This document shows positions 20,136-34,845 of a stretch of 46,053 nt of DNA, in pieces. Both the position numbers and the translations under genes were made by a program. The notes beneath the pieces are model-generated. The model ran no database searches. It was not told the DNA's origin and worked only from the letters and a program-made list of their open reading frames with translations. The stretch is from Betaproteobacteria bacterium RBG_16_66_20 (GTDB taxonomy: Bacteria > Pseudomonadota > Gammaproteobacteria > Burkholderiales > SG8-39): positions 5,589-51,641 of the forward strand of contig MEQQ01000140.1 of NCBI GenBank assembly GCA_001770285.1, written 5' to 3'. The stretch's first letter is position 1, and every line of letters starts with the position of its first letter.

Positions 20136-21710
20136 ATGCAGCTCAAGCGATTCCTGGCGGCCGCGCTCGCCGCCGCCGCGCTGTGCGCCGCCCCGGCACA
20201 CGCCGTCACGCTCAAGTGGGCGGCGCAGAACGACGTCATCACGCTCGACCCGCATTCCCAGAACCACGCCACCACCAACGGCATCATGCAGCACGTCTAC
20301 GAGGGGCTGGTGCGCTACAGCAAGAAATTCCAGGTCGAGCCCTCGCTCGCCACCGGCTGGAAGGAAGTTGCGCCGAACCAATGGCGCTTCACGCTGCGCA
20401 AGAACGTCAAATTCCACGATGGCAGCCCGTTCACCGCCGACGACGTCGTCTTCTCCTACGGCCGCATCATGCAGCCGCAAGGCACCATGCAGATCTACGT
20501 TGCCGGCGTGAAGGAAGTCAGGAAGGTCGATGATTTCACCGTCGACCTGATTCTGTCGGGCCCGAACCCGGTGCTGCTGCGCAACCTCGTTGATTTCCGC
20601 GTCATGAGCAAGGCCTGGTCCGCGAAGAACCGGTCCGAGAACGTACAGGACTACAAAGGCAAGGAAGACACGTACGCCTCGCGCAACACGAACGGCACGG
20701 GGCCGTATGTTCTCAAGCTGTGGGAGCCCGAGAAGCGCATCCTGATGCAGGCCAACGCCGCCTGGTGGGACAAGATCGAAGGCAACGTTACCGAGGTGAT
20801 CTATACGCCGATCCGCTCGGATGCGACGCGCGTCGCCGCCCTGCTGTCGGGCGACGTCGACCTGCTCACCGACATGCCGACGCAGGACGTGGCGCGGATG
20901 CGCAACGACCCCAAACTCAAGGTGCTCGACGGCCATGAGGTTCGCACGATCTTCATCGGCATGGACCAGTTCAGTCCGGAACTGAAGTATTCGAACATCA
21001 AGGGCAAGAATCCGTTCAAGGACATCCGGGTGCGCAAGGCGCTCAACCTGGCGGTGGACCGCGAGGCGATCCGGCGCGTCACCATGCGCGGCCTGTCGCT
21101 GCCTGCCGCGATCATGGTCGCACCGGGCGTGCATGGCCACTCCCCCGAGCTCGACAAGGTGCTTGCGGCGGACGTCGAGGGCGCGCGCAAGCTGCTCGCG
21201 GAAGCGGGCTATCCGAACGGTTTTGAATTCACGCTCGACTGCCCGAACAACCGCTACGTGAACGACGAGGAGATCTGCCAGGCGCTGGTCGGGATGTGGG
21301 CCAAGGCCGGCCTCAAGGTAAAACTGCTCGCGGCGCCGATGGCGACCTTCATCGCCAAGATCCAGAACTTCGACCACAGTGCCTACATGCTGGGCTGGGG
21401 CGTGGCGAATTTCGACGCCAATTACACCCTGTTCTCGCTGGTGCATACCAAGTCCACGGGCGCGGCCGGCAGCTTCAATCTCGGCCGCATCAACGACGCG
21501 AAGCTCGATGCGATCATCGCCGGGATCAATACCGAGACCGACACCAGGAAGCGCGACGCGATGCTGCGCGAAGCGCTGACCATCACGCGGGACCAGTACT
21601 ATTACGTGCCCCTGCACCACCAGCTGCGGCCCTGGGCGATGAAGAAGAACGTCACCACGGTCCACAAGGCCGACGACCGGCCCGAATCCCGCTTTGCGCG
21701 GGTGGATTAG
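20136..21710 (+). CDS. ABC transporter substrate-binding protein, family 5 (DppA/OppA-like)
   Basis: Signal peptide AHA-V, TLDPH, VYEGLV, FTLRKNVKFHDGSPFTADDV, GTGPY, DIRVRKAL; SD GAGGAGG. Confidence 0.92.
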   Translation: MQLKRFLAAALAAAALCAAPAHAVTLKWAAQNDVITLDPHSQNHATTNGIMQHVYEGLVRYSKKFQVEPSLATGWKEVAPNQWRFTLRKNVKFHDGSPFTADDVVFSYGRIMQPQGTMQIYVAGVKEVRKVDDFTVDLILSGPNPVLLRNLVDFRVMSKAWSAKNRSENVQDYKGKEDTYASRNTNGTGPYVLKLWEPEKRILMQANAAWWDKIEGNVTEVIYTPIRSDATRVAALLSGDVDLLTDMPTQDVARMRNDPKLKVLDGHEVRTIFIGMDQFSPELKYSNIKGKNPFKDIRVRKALNLAVDREAIRRVTMRGLSLPAAIMVAPGVHGHSPELDKVLAADVEGARKLLAEAGYPNGFEFTLDCPNNRYVNDEEICQALVGMWAKAGLKVKLLAAPMATFIAKIQNFDHSAYMLGWGVANFDANYTLFSLVHTKSTGAAGSFNLGRINDAKLDAIIAGINTETDTRKRDAMLREALTITRDQYYYVPLHHQLRPWAMKKNVTTVHKADDRPESRFARVD

Positions 21711-21719
21711 AAGGAGCCG

Positions 21720-21743
21720 GAAATCGGGCCCTGACCCCGATTT

Positions 21744-21744
<1 letters not shown>
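21720..21744. repeat. Inverted repeat GAAATCGGG-CCCTGAC-CCCGATTTC between convergent genes (REP-like element or bidirectional terminator)
   Basis: Perfect 9-bp stem; the 13-mer CTGACCCCGATTT recurs at 30316-30328. Confidence 0.65.
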
Positions 21745-25844
<4,100 letters not shown>

Positions 25845-25894
25845 CAGGAACCGCGCCCGCCTCACAAATCCGGATCGCTCCCGCGCAATGCCGG

Positions 25895-27814
25895 TCAGGC
25901 CTGCGAAAGCTCCAGCCGGCCGCGGAACTGCTCCAGGGCTTCGGGATTGGCGAGCGCCTCGAGATTTTTCACCTGCCGGCCGTGCACCACGTCGCGCACC
26001 GCGAGCTCGACGATCTTGCCGCTCTTGGTGCGCGGGATGTCGGCCACCTGGATGATCTTGCCGGGCACGTGCCGCGGCGTGGTGTTGTCGCGGATCTTCT
26101 GCTTCACCCGGGAAATGAGCTGGTCATCCAGGGAAAGCCCTTCCTGAAGTTTCACGAACAGCACCACCCTCACGTCCCCGTCCCAGTCCTGCCCGATGAC
26201 CAGCGCTTCGACCACTTCGTCGAGCTGCTCGACCTGGCGGTAGATCTCCGCCGTGCCGATCCGCACCCCGCCCGGATTGAGCACCGCGTCCGAGCGTCCG
26301 TAGATGACCATGCCGCCATGCCCGGTCAGTTCGCACCAGTCGCCGTGGCGCCAGACGTTGGGAAATCTCTCGAAGTATGCGGCCCGGTACCTGGCATCAC
26401 CGGGATCGTTCCAGAAACCGACCGGCATGGATGGGAAGGGTCTGGTACAAACCAGTTCTCCTTTTGCTTGCTTGAGAGAAAAACCGTTCTCATCAAAAAC
26501 CTCGATCGCCATGCCGAGGCCCTTGGCCTGGATTTCGCCGCGCCACACCGGTCCCATCGGGTTGCCGAGCACGAAGCAGGAGACGATGTCGGTGCCGCCC
26601 GAGATCGAGGACAGGCAGAGGTCGCCCTTGATGTTCGCGTAAACGTAGTCGAAGCTCTCCGGCACCAACGGCGAGCCGGTGGACAGCACCGCACGGAGCT
26701 TCTCCAGCCTGTGGGTCTCGGCCGGCTTGAGCCTGATCTTGGCGATGGCGTCGATGAATTTTGCGGACGTCCCGAAGTGCGTCATGCCCTCGGCATCCGC
26801 GAAATCGAACAGGATCCTGCCGCGTCCGGCGAACGGCGAGCCGTCGTAGAGCAGCAGGGTCGCCCCGGCAGCCAGGCCGGAGGCGAGCCAGTTCCACATC
26901 ATCCAGCCAAGCGTGGTGAAGTAGAACACCCGGTCGCCCGGCTTCACGTCGGAATGCAGGACGTGTTCCTTCAGGTGCTGCAGCAGCGTGCCGCCGGCGC
27001 CATGCACGATGCACTTGGGGACGCCCGTGGTCCCGGACGAATACAGGATATAGAGCGGATGATTGAACTCGACCTGCTCAAAATGAATTTCCTTCGGGGA
27101 AAAAGACGAGACAAAATTTTCCAATGAAACTCCAACCTTTAATTCCGCCCCGATATACGGCACCACGACGCACTGCCTGACGCAGGGCAGCTTCGCCAGG
27201 ATCTCTGCGGCCTTCTCTTGCGCGTCGAATTCCTTGCCGCCGTAGAGGTAGCCGTCGGCGCAGAACAGCACCTTCGGCTCGATCTGGCCGAAGCGGTCGA
27301 GCACGCCCTGGACCCCGAAATCCGGCGAGCAGGAGGACCAGATCGCCCCCAGGCTGGCTGTCGCGAGCATTGCAGCGACGGCTTCGGGAAGATTCGGCAG
27401 ATAAGCTGCGACGCGGTCGCCCTTCCTGATTCCGGCGGCGGCCAGCGCCTGCTGCAGGCGGGAGACGAGATCATGGAGCTGCTTGCGGCTCAGGCGCCGC
27501 TTGATCCGGTCCTCGCCCCAGAAAACGATCGCATCGGAATCGTCGCGCCCGCGCAGCAGGTTTTCCGCAAAGTTGACGCGTCCGTCGGGAAACCATTTCG
27601 CCCCCGGCATCCTGCCGCCGTCCACCAGCGTGCGCGCGCCCTTCATGCCGCGCACGGCGCAGAAATCCCACAGTAGGTTCCAGAACTCCTCGCTGTGCTC
27701 GACCGACCAGCGGTGTAGCGCTGCGTAGGAACCCGGCGTACCCGCGCGCGCCATGAACCGCGCCATGTTGGTCTGCGCTGCGCGTTCCGGCGACGGCCTC
27801 CAGAGCGGATTCAC
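25895..27814 (-). CDS. Acetoacetyl-CoA synthetase (acetoacetate-CoA ligase)
   Basis: [73 protein letters not shown]; GTG start. Confidence 0.93.
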   Translation of the reverse strand: MNPLWRPSPERAAQTNMARFMARAGTPGSYAALHRWSVEHSEEFWNLLWDFCAVRGMKGARTLVDGGRMPGAKWFPDGRVNFAENLLRGRDDSDAIVFWGEDRIKRRLSRKQLHDLVSRLQQALAAAGIRKGDRVAAYLPNLPEAVAAMLATASLGAIWSSCSPDFGVQGVLDRFGQIEPKVLFCADGYLYGGKEFDAQEKAAEILAKLPCVRQCVVVPYIGAELKVGVSLENFVSSFSPKEIHFEQVEFNHPLYILYSSGTTGVPKCIVHGAGGTLLQHLKEHVLHSDVKPGDRVFYFTTLGWMMWNWLASGLAAGATLLLYDGSPFAGRGRILFDFADAEGMTHFGTSAKFIDAIAKIRLKPAETHRLEKLRAVLSTGSPLVPESFDYVYANIKGDLCLSSISGGTDIVSCFVLGNPMGPVWRGEIQAKGLGMAIEVFDENGFSLKQAKGELVCTRPFPSMPVGFWNDPGDARYRAAYFERFPNVWRHGDWCELTGHGGMVIYGRSDAVLNPGGVRIGTAEIYRQVEQLDEVVEALVIGQDWDGDVRVVLFVKLQEGLSLDDQLISRVKQKIRDNTTPRHVPGKIIQVADIPRTKSGKIVELAVRDVVHGRQVKNLEALANPEALEQFRGRLELSQA

Positions 27815-27820
27815 AGCGCC

Positions 27821-27830
27821 ATTCTATAAT
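27821..27830. promoter_or_regulatory. Bidirectional promoter core ATTCTATAAT
   Basis: TATAAT (+, 27825-27830) lies 7 nt before the ETF-QO ATG; TAGAAT (-, 27821-27826) lies 6 nt before the synthetase GTG; the spacer is only 23 bp. Confidence 0.7.
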
Positions 27831-27837
27831 CCCCGGC

Positions 27838-29466
27838 ATGACGCGCGAATCGATGCGATACGACATCGTGATCGTGGGCGGCGGCCCGGCGGGCCTCGCC
27901 GCGGCGATCCGGCTCAAGCAACTGTCGCCCGATTGCTCGGTCTGCGCAATCGAGAAAGGCTCCGAAATCGGCGCCCACATCCTTTCCGGCGCGGTGATGG
28001 ATCCCCGCGCGATGGACGAACTGTTCCCCGACTGGAAGGCCAAGGGCGCGCCGCTGAATGTTGCCGTTGCCGAGGACAGATTTTTATTCTTGAGAGAGAA
28101 AACGGCATTCAGGACACCGAACTTCCTGCTTCCCGCCTGCTTCCAGAATCACGGCAACTACGTGATCAGCCTCGGCAGCGTCGCGCGCTGGCTCGGGCAG
28201 CAGGCCGAAGCGCTGGGGGTCGAGATCTTCCCCGGTTTCGCGGCCGCGGAGGTCCTTTACGATGAAAAGGGCGCGGTAAAGGGCGTCGCCACGGGCGACA
28301 TGGGCGTCAACCGCAGGGGCGAGCGCACCGACGCGTTCCAGCCCGGCATCGAACTGCACGCCAAATACACCTTCTTCGCCGAAGGCTGCCGCGGCAACCT
28401 GGGCAAGCAGCTCGAGACAAAATTCGACCTGCGCAGGGGATCCGATCCGCAGGTCTACGGCATCGGCCTCAAGGAACTATGGGACCTGAAACCGGATAAG
28501 CATCAGCCGGGACTGGTGGTGCACACCGCCGGTTGGCCGCTCGAGAGCGACACCTATGGCGGTTCGTTCCTTTACCACCTGGAGAACAACCAGGCCGCGG
28601 TCGGTTTCGTGGTCGGGCTCGCCTATACCAACCCATACCTCAGCCCCTACGAGGAATTCCAGCGCTACAAGACGCATCCCGCGATCCGCAGTTTCCTCGA
28701 GGGCGGAAAACGCGTCGCCTACGGCGCCAGGGCGATCGCCGCGGGCGGCCTGCAATCGCTGCCCGAGCTGGCCTTCCCGGGCGGCTGCCTGATCGGCGAC
28801 GATGCGGGCTTCCTGAACGCTTCCCGCATCAAGGGCAGCCACTGCGCGATCAAGTCCGGCATGCTCGCGGCCGAAGCCGCGCACGCTGCGCTTGCCGCCG
28901 GCCGCGCAGGCGATACGCTGGCGTCCTACCCGGAAGCCTTCAGGCAAAGCTGGCTGTTCGACGAACTCTACCGGGCGCGCAACTTCAAGCCCTGGATGGC
29001 CAAGGGCCTGTACACCGGCTCGCTCATGTTCGGCGTCGACCAGATCGTGTTCGGTGGCAAGGCGCCCTGGACGCTGCACCACGGCCATGCCGACCACGAG
29101 ACCCTGAAGAAAAAGACCGAAGCCGAGCCGATCGCCTATCCCAAGCCCGACGGCGTGCTGAGTTTCGACCGGCTGACCAGCGTCTCGTTCTCGAGCACCA
29201 ACCACGGCGAGGACCAGCCGGCGCACCTGACGCTCAAGGACGCGTCGGTGCCGGTCAATGTCAATCTCGAGCTCTACGATGCGCCCGAGCAGCGCTACTG
29301 CCCGGCGGGCGTCTACGAGATCGTGCGCGAGGCCGCGGGGGCGCGGCTGCAGATCAACGCGCAGAACTGCGTCCACTGCAAGACCTGCGACATCAAGGAT
29401 CCGACGCAGAACATCGTCTGGGTCACGCCGGAAGGCGGCGGCGGACCCAACTACCCGAACATGTAG
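27838..29466 (+). CDS. Electron transfer flavoprotein-ubiquinone oxidoreductase (ETF-QO)
   Basis: IVGGGPAG FAD motif, EKGSEIGAHILSGA, AEGCRG, RIKGSH, Fe-S motifs CPAGVYE and CVHCKTC, WVTPEGGGGPNY. Confidence 0.96.
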   Translation: MTRESMRYDIVIVGGGPAGLAAAIRLKQLSPDCSVCAIEKGSEIGAHILSGAVMDPRAMDELFPDWKAKGAPLNVAVAEDRFLFLREKTAFRTPNFLLPACFQNHGNYVISLGSVARWLGQQAEALGVEIFPGFAAAEVLYDEKGAVKGVATGDMGVNRRGERTDAFQPGIELHAKYTFFAEGCRGNLGKQLETKFDLRRGSDPQVYGIGLKELWDLKPDKHQPGLVVHTAGWPLESDTYGGSFLYHLENNQAAVGFVVGLAYTNPYLSPYEEFQRYKTHPAIRSFLEGGKRVAYGARAIAAGGLQSLPELAFPGGCLIGDDAGFLNASRIKGSHCAIKSGMLAAEAAHAALAAGRAGDTLASYPEAFRQSWLFDELYRARNFKPWMAKGLYTGSLMFGVDQIVFGGKAPWTLHHGHADHETLKKKTEAEPIAYPKPDGVLSFDRLTSVSFSSTNHGEDQPAHLTLKDASVPVNVNLELYDAPEQRYCPAGVYEIVREAAGARLQINAQNCVHCKTCDIKDPTQNIVWVTPEGGGGPNYPNM

Positions 29467-29485
29467 TGCGGGATAATCTCCCACC

Positions 29486-30319
29486 ATGGACCGAAAATTG
29501 ACCGTTCTGGATCTCAAGGGGCGCAAGGGTGCGCGCCTCGTAATGCTCACCGCCTACGACGCGCCTACCGCGCGCCTGGCCGTCGCCGCCGGCGTCGACG
29601 TGCTCCTGGTAGGCGATTCGCTCGGCATGGCAGTCCTCGGTTACGACTCCACGGTGCCGGTCACGATGGAAGACATGCTCCATCACGCCAAGGCCGCCCG
29701 GCGCGGCGCGCCGGGCGCCTTCATCATCGCCGACATGCCGTTTCTGTCGTTTGCCACCGTGGAGCGGGCTCTGGACAATGCCGCGCGCTTCCTGAAGGAG
29801 GCCGGCGCCGATGCGGTAAAACTGGAAGGCGGCGTGGAAGTCGCGCCCGTCGTCGAGGCGCTGGTGCGGGCGGGCATCCCGGTGATGGGGCATCTCGGCC
29901 TCACCCCGCAGACCGCCTCCGCTCTGGGCGGTTTCAAGCTTCAGGCCAGGGACGAGGACGGCGGGCGCAAGCTCCTTGCCGACGCGCGCGCGCTCGAGCA
30001 GGCCGGCTGCTGGAGCATCGTGCTCGAACTGGTCCCCGCGCCCCTCGCCAAGCTCGTCACTTCGCGCGCGGGCATTCCGACGATCGGCATCGGCGCGGGC
30101 CCGGACTGCGACGGCCAGGTGCTCGTCTACCACGACCTCGTAGGGATCACCGCGCCGGAGTTCCGTCCGAAATTCCTCAAGCGTTACGCCGAGGCGGGCG
30201 AGGCAATGCGCGCAGCCATCGCACAGTACGCGGCGGAAGTGCGCGCCGGCCGCTATCCGGACGAAGCGCACAGTTTCGGCATGAATGCCGACGTCCTGCG
30301 CCGCATCGAAAGCGGCTGA
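29486..30319 (+). CDS. panB: 3-methyl-2-oxobutanoate hydroxymethyltransferase
   Basis: MLTAYD, LVGDSLGM, ADMPF, VKLEGG, GHLGLTPQ, TIGIGAG.DCDGQVLV. Confidence 0.96.
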   Translation: MDRKLTVLDLKGRKGARLVMLTAYDAPTARLAVAAGVDVLLVGDSLGMAVLGYDSTVPVTMEDMLHHAKAARRGAPGAFIIADMPFLSFATVERALDNAARFLKEAGADAVKLEGGVEVAPVVEALVRAGIPVMGHLGLTPQTASALGGFKLQARDEDGGRKLLADARALEQAGCWSIVLELVPAPLAKLVTSRAGIPTIGIGAGPDCDGQVLVYHDLVGITAPEFRPKFLKRYAEAGEAMRAAIAQYAAEVRAGRYPDEAHSFGMNADVLRRIESG

Positions 30320-30328
30320 CCCCGATTT
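30316..30328. repeat. Half copy of the REP-like motif CTGACCCCGATTT at the panB / acyl-CoA dehydrogenase convergent junction
   Basis: Exact 13-bp match to 21731-21743; it contains the panB stop codon TGA. Confidence 0.55.
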
Positions 30329-30329
30329 T

Positions 30330-32120
30330 CTAGGCGGCGAGGAACTGCTCGTCCGAGAGCGCCATCACCGCGGCCGAACCGCGGGTCACCGTGGCGGCGA
30401 GCCCCGGCGCCTGTGTCAGCACGTGGTCGGCGAAGAAACGCGCCGTCGCGATCTTGGCGGCGTAAAAACCCTGATCGCCTTCCTTTGTTGCCAGTTTCTT
30501 TTCCGCAATCAACGCCGCGCGCGCCATCTGCCAGCCGCCGGCGGTGATCCCCATCAGCTTGAGGAACGGCACCGCGCCCGCGAAGACCGCGTTGGGATCC
30601 TTGCTCGCGGTGGCGAGGATGAAATCGACGCTGTCGGAGACTGCCTGCACCGCGGCGGAAACACAGATACGTATAGCTTGAATATCCGGATTTCCCGAAC
30701 TGGAAAGTTCCGCATCGAAATTCCTCAAGCCAACAATCCATTCCCTGACGGTCGCACCCGCCTCGCGCGCGATCTTGCGCCCGACGAGGTCGCCCGCCTG
30801 GATGCCGGTGGTTCCCTCGTATATCGTGGTGATGCGCGCGTCGCGCAGGTGCTGCGCGGCGCCGGTCTCCTCGATGAACCCCATGCCGCCGTGCACCTGC
30901 ACGCCGAGCGAGGCGATTTCGATGCCGGTCTCGGTGCTCCAGCCCTTGACCACAGGAATCATCAGGTCGACGAAGGCCTGGTGTTTCCTTTGCTCTTCCG
31001 GATTCTTGGTCCTTAAAGAAAAATCCATCGAGGCCGCCACGACATAGGCGAGCGCGCGCGCCGCCTCGGTCTGCGACTTCATCAGCATCAGCATGCGGCG
31101 CACGTCCGGGTGGCGGATGATCGGGACCGTGTTGCCGCCCTGCACCAGGTCCTTGCCCTGCAGCCGCTCCTTGGCGTAGGCCAGCGCGCGCTGGAACGCG
31201 CGCTCGGCGATCGACACGCCCTCCAGCCCGACGCTGAAGCGCGCCGCGTTCATCATCACGAACATGTACGCGAGGCCCTTGTTCTCCTCGCCCACGAGGT
31301 GGCCGACTGCGTCCTCGAACACCATCACCGCCGTAGGGCTGGCGTGGATGCCGAGCTTGTGCTCGATCGACGCGCATTTCGCACGGTTGCGTTCGCCGGG
31401 CGTGCCGTCGGGTTTGAGCAGGAATTTCGGCACCACGAAAAGCGAAATGCCCTTCACGCCCTCGGGCGCGTCCGGCGTGCGCGCAAGCACCAGGTGCACG
31501 ATGTTGTCGGTGAGGTCGTGCTCGCCGTAGGTGATGAAAATCTTCTGCCCGGAGATCAGGTAATGATCCCCCTTGGGCACCGCCCGCGTGCGCACCAGCG
31601 CGAGGTCCGACCCCGCCTGCGGTTCGGTCAGGTTCATGGTGCCGGTCCAGTGGCCGGCGACCATCTTGTCCAGGTAGGCCTTCTTCAGCGCGTCCGAACC
31701 GCACAGGATCAGCGCGTGAATCGCGCCCTGCGTGAGCAGCGGGCAGAGCGAAAAGGACATGTTGCTCGAGGTGAGCATTTCCTCGACTGCGGTGGCAACC
31801 AGCTTGGGCAGGCCCTGCCCGCCGAACGCCTCCTCGAACGGCAGCGCGGGCCAGCCTGCCTCCACGTACTGCCGGTAGGCCTGCTTGAAGCCCTTGGGCG
31901 TTGTCACCGCGCCATCGCGCCATTGGGAGCCTTCCTGGTCTCCGGAGTAATTCAGGGGGTCCAGGATCTGCGTGGCGAACTTGGATGCTTCTTCCAGGAT
32001 CGCGTCCACGGTGTCCGGGCTCGCCTCGCCGAATCCCGGCAGCTTCGCGACTTCGGCAAGGCCGGCGAGCTCGTTCAGCACGAAGCGCATGTCCTTCAAA
32101 GGCGCGACATAAGAGCTCAT
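30330..32120 (-). CDS. Acyl-CoA dehydrogenase (long FadE/DmdC-like type)
   Basis: [73 protein letters not shown]. Confidence 0.92.
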   Translation of the reverse strand: MSSYVAPLKDMRFVLNELAGLAEVAKLPGFGEASPDTVDAILEEASKFATQILDPLNYSGDQEGSQWRDGAVTTPKGFKQAYRQYVEAGWPALPFEEAFGGQGLPKLVATAVEEMLTSSNMSFSLCPLLTQGAIHALILCGSDALKKAYLDKMVAGHWTGTMNLTEPQAGSDLALVRTRAVPKGDHYLISGQKIFITYGEHDLTDNIVHLVLARTPDAPEGVKGISLFVVPKFLLKPDGTPGERNRAKCASIEHKLGIHASPTAVMVFEDAVGHLVGEENKGLAYMFVMMNAARFSVGLEGVSIAERAFQRALAYAKERLQGKDLVQGGNTVPIIRHPDVRRMLMLMKSQTEAARALAYVVAASMDFSLRTKNPEEQRKHQAFVDLMIPVVKGWSTETGIEIASLGVQVHGGMGFIEETGAAQHLRDARITTIYEGTTGIQAGDLVGRKIAREAGATVREWIVGLRNFDAELSSSGNPDIQAIRICVSAAVQAVSDSVDFILATASKDPNAVFAGAVPFLKLMGITAGGWQMARAALIAEKKLATKEGDQGFYAAKIATARFFADHVLTQAPGLAATVTRGSAAVMALSDEQFLAA

Positions 32121-33052
32121 TTCTTAAGTTCCTCGATCAATTCCGGGACCACCTTGAACAGATCGCCCACGATGCCGTAATCGGCCACCTGGAAGATCGG
32201 CGCTTCCTCGTCCTTGTTGATGGCGACGATCACCCGGCTGTCCTTCATCCCGGCCAGGTGCTGGATGGCGCCGGAGATGCCGACCGCGACGTAGAGCTCG
32301 GGCGCCACGATCTTTCCGGTCTGCCCTACCTGCCAGTCGTTCGGCACGAAGCCCGCATCCACTGCCGCGCGCGAAGCGCCCATGGCCGCGTTCAGCCTGT
32401 CCGCCAGCGGCTCGAGGATCTTGAAGTTCTCGCCCGAACCCATGCCGCGTCCGCCCGAGACGACGATCTTCGCGGCGGTGAGCTCCGGGCGCTCGGACTT
32501 GGAGATTTCGCGGCTGACGAAGCTCGAGAGGCCACTATCGGCAGGAGGATCCATTTTTTCGATAGCAGCATTTCCCCCGGCAGGCGCGACCGCATCAAAC
32601 CCGGTCGTGCGCACGGTAATGACCTTGATCGCGTCTTTCGACTTCACCGTGGCGAGCGCGTTGCCGGCGTAGATCGGCCGCACGAAAGTATCCGGCGACT
32701 CGACCGCGATGATCTCGGAGATCTGCTGCATGTCGAGCAGCGCGGCGATGCGCGGCGTCACGTCCTTGCCGTTCGAGGTCGCGGGCGCAAGGATGTGCGA
32801 ATAGCCCTTTGCGATCGAAACCACCAGGGCAGCGACGTTCTCCGCGAGAAACTCGGCGAGCTGCGGCGCTTCCGCGTTCAACACCTTCGCCACCCCCGGG
32901 ATCTGGGCGGCGGCCTTGGCCGCGCCGTCGGCATTGTGCCCGGCGACCAGGACGTGGACCTCGCCGCCGATCTTGTGCGCCGCGGCCACCGTATTGAGCG
33001 TCGCGCCCTTGAGCGTGCCGTGGTCGTGCTCCGCAATCACCAGGATGGCCAT
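32117..33052 (-). CDS. etfA: Electron transfer flavoprotein alpha subunit
   Basis: [48 protein letters not shown]. Confidence 0.97.
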   Translation of the reverse strand: MAILVIAEHDHGTLKGATLNTVAAAHKIGGEVHVLVAGHNADGAAKAAAQIPGVAKVLNAEAPQLAEFLAENVAALVVSIAKGYSHILAPATSNGKDVTPRIAALLDMQQISEIIAVESPDTFVRPIYAGNALATVKSKDAIKVITVRTTGFDAVAPAGGNAAIEKMDPPADSGLSSFVSREISKSERPELTAAKIVVSGGRGMGSGENFKILEPLADRLNAAMGASRAAVDAGFVPNDWQVGQTGKIVAPELYVAVGISGAIQHLAGMKDSRVIVAINKDEEAPIFQVADYGIVGDLFKVVPELIEELKK

Positions 33053-33054
33053 GG

Positions 33055-33804
33055 TCAGATCACCTTGGCTTCGTTGCGCAGCTTGTCGACCAGCGCTTTC
33101 GCGTCGGGCACCCTGACCCCGGCCTTGCGCTTGGGCGGCTCGACCACTTTCAGGGTCGCGAGGCGCGGCGCGATGTCGACGCCGAGCGCATCGGGCTTGA
33201 GGTTCTCGAGCGGCTTTTTCTTCGCCTTCATGATGTTGGGCAGCGTGACGTAGCGCGGCTCGTTCAGGCGCAAGTCGCTGGTCACGATCGCGGGCAGCCT
33301 GACCGATACCGTCTCCAGGCCGCCGTCGACTTCGCGGGTGACTTGCGCCTTGTCATTTTCTATTTTTATTTTCGAAGCAAACGTGGCCTGGGGCCAGCCG
33401 AGCAGCGCGGCGAGCATCTGCCCGGTCTGGTTCGAATCGTCGTCGATCGCCTGCTTTCCCAATATGACCAGTCGGGGCGCTTCCTTTTGACAGACTGCTT
33501 TCAGGATCTTTGCAACCGCAAGAGGCTGCAACTCCTCGTTGCTCTCCACCAGGATTGCCCGATCCGCCCCGATCGCGAGCGCCGTGCGCAGGGTCTCCTG
33601 GCAGGCCGCGGCGCCGCAGGAAACGGCCACCACCTCGGTCGCGACGCCGGCTTCCTTCAGCCGCACCGCCTCCTCCAGCGCGATCTCGTCGAACGGGTTC
33701 ATCGACATTTTCACGTTGGCGGTCTCGACGCCGGTGCCGTCGGCCTTGACGCGCACCTTGACGTTGTAATCGACCACGCGCTTGACGCTGACCAGTACTT
33801 TCAT
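33055..33804 (-). CDS. etfB: Electron transfer flavoprotein beta subunit
   Basis: [37 protein letters not shown]. Confidence 0.97.
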   Translation of the reverse strand: MKVLVSVKRVVDYNVKVRVKADGTGVETANVKMSMNPFDEIALEEAVRLKEAGVATEVVAVSCGAAACQETLRTALAIGADRAILVESNEELQPLAVAKILKAVCQKEAPRLVILGKQAIDDDSNQTGQMLAALLGWPQATFASKIKIENDKAQVTREVDGGLETVSVRLPAIVTSDLRLNEPRYVTLPNIMKAKKKPLENLKPDALGVDIAPRLATLKVVEPPKRKAGVRVPDAKALVDKLRNEAKVI

Positions 33805-33833
33805 GGGCTGAGGGCGGGATGCAATGGAGCGAA

Positions 33834-33903
33834 ATTATAGCCCGGCACTCTTTGGCTGCGGCCGTTTGAAACAGACCTTTCGCTTTGCCGCGCATGCGAC
33901 AAT
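33834..33903. promoter_or_regulatory. Divergent promoters: TATAAT (-, 33834-33839) for etfBA and extended -10 TG-C-GACAAT (+, 33895-33903) for the SDR gene
   Basis: Hexamers lie 29 nt upstream of the etfB ATG and 7 nt upstream of the SDR ATG at 33911. Confidence 0.5.
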
Positions 33904-33910
33904 CCGGCCA

Positions 33911-34816
33911 ATGGTCAAGGACAAAGTAGTCGTAGTGACCGGGGCGGGCGGCGGCATCGGTCGCGACTTCGCGCTCGCAATGGCGGCGCATGGCGCCAAA
34001 GTCGTGGTCAACGACATCGGCGCCTCGGTCGCCGGCGAAGGCAAGGACGCGGGGCCGGCGCAGAAGGTGGTCGAGGAGATCAGGGCCAAGGGCGGCACCG
34101 CGGTCGCGAATGCCGACAGCGTCGCCGAGTGGGAGTCGGCAAACCGGATCATCAAATGCGCCGTCGATTCATTTCAGCGAATCGACGTCGTGGTGAACAA
34201 CGCCGGCATCCTGCGCGACCGCTTCTTCTTCAACATGTCGGTCGAGGAATGGAAAGCCGTGATCGACGTGCACCTGAACGGCACGTTCTACGTCTCGCGC
34301 GCCGCGGCGCCCTATTTCAAGGGCCAGAATTCGGGCCGCTACATCAACATGACCTCGACCTCGGGCCTGATCGGCAACTTCGGGCAGGCCAACTACGCCG
34401 CGGCCAAGCTCGGCATCGCCGCGCTCTCGAAGTCCATGGCGCTGGACATGTCCAGGTACCAGGTGACCTCGAACTGCATCGCGCCCTTCGCCTGGAGCCG
34501 GATGATCGGCACGATTCCCGCGGAGACGCCCGACCAGAAGGCGCGGCTGGAGAAGCTGAAGCGCATGCAAACCGCCAAGATCGCGCCGCTCGCGGTCTAC
34601 CTCGCGAGCGACGCCGCGCAGGATGTGAGCGGGCAGATTTTTGCGGTGCGCGCCAACGAGCTGTTCCTGATGTCCCAGAACCGCCCGGTGCGCTCGGTGC
34701 ACCGGTCCGAGGGCTGGACGCCGGAAACGATCGCCGAGCAGGCGATCCCCGCCATGCGGGCGCACTTCTACGCACTGGACCGCTCGCAGGACGTTTTTTC
34801 CTGGGATCCGATCTGA
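33911..34816 (+). CDS. Short-chain dehydrogenase/reductase (3-hydroxyacyl-CoA dehydrogenase-like)
   Basis: TGAGGGIG, VVVNDIG, NNAGILRD, YAAAK catalytic motif; probable ATG at 33911. Confidence 0.9.
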   Translation: MVKDKVVVVTGAGGGIGRDFALAMAAHGAKVVVNDIGASVAGEGKDAGPAQKVVEEIRAKGGTAVANADSVAEWESANRIIKCAVDSFQRIDVVVNNAGILRDRFFFNMSVEEWKAVIDVHLNGTFYVSRAAAPYFKGQNSGRYINMTSTSGLIGNFGQANYAAAKLGIAALSKSMALDMSRYQVTSNCIAPFAWSRMIGTIPAETPDQKARLEKLKRMQTAKIAPLAVYLASDAAQDVSGQIFAVRANELFLMSQNRPVRSVHRSEGWTPETIAEQAIPAMRAHFYALDRSQDVFSWDPI

Positions 34817-34845
34817 GCCGAGCCTGAAGCGATCGAACGCGGCTC

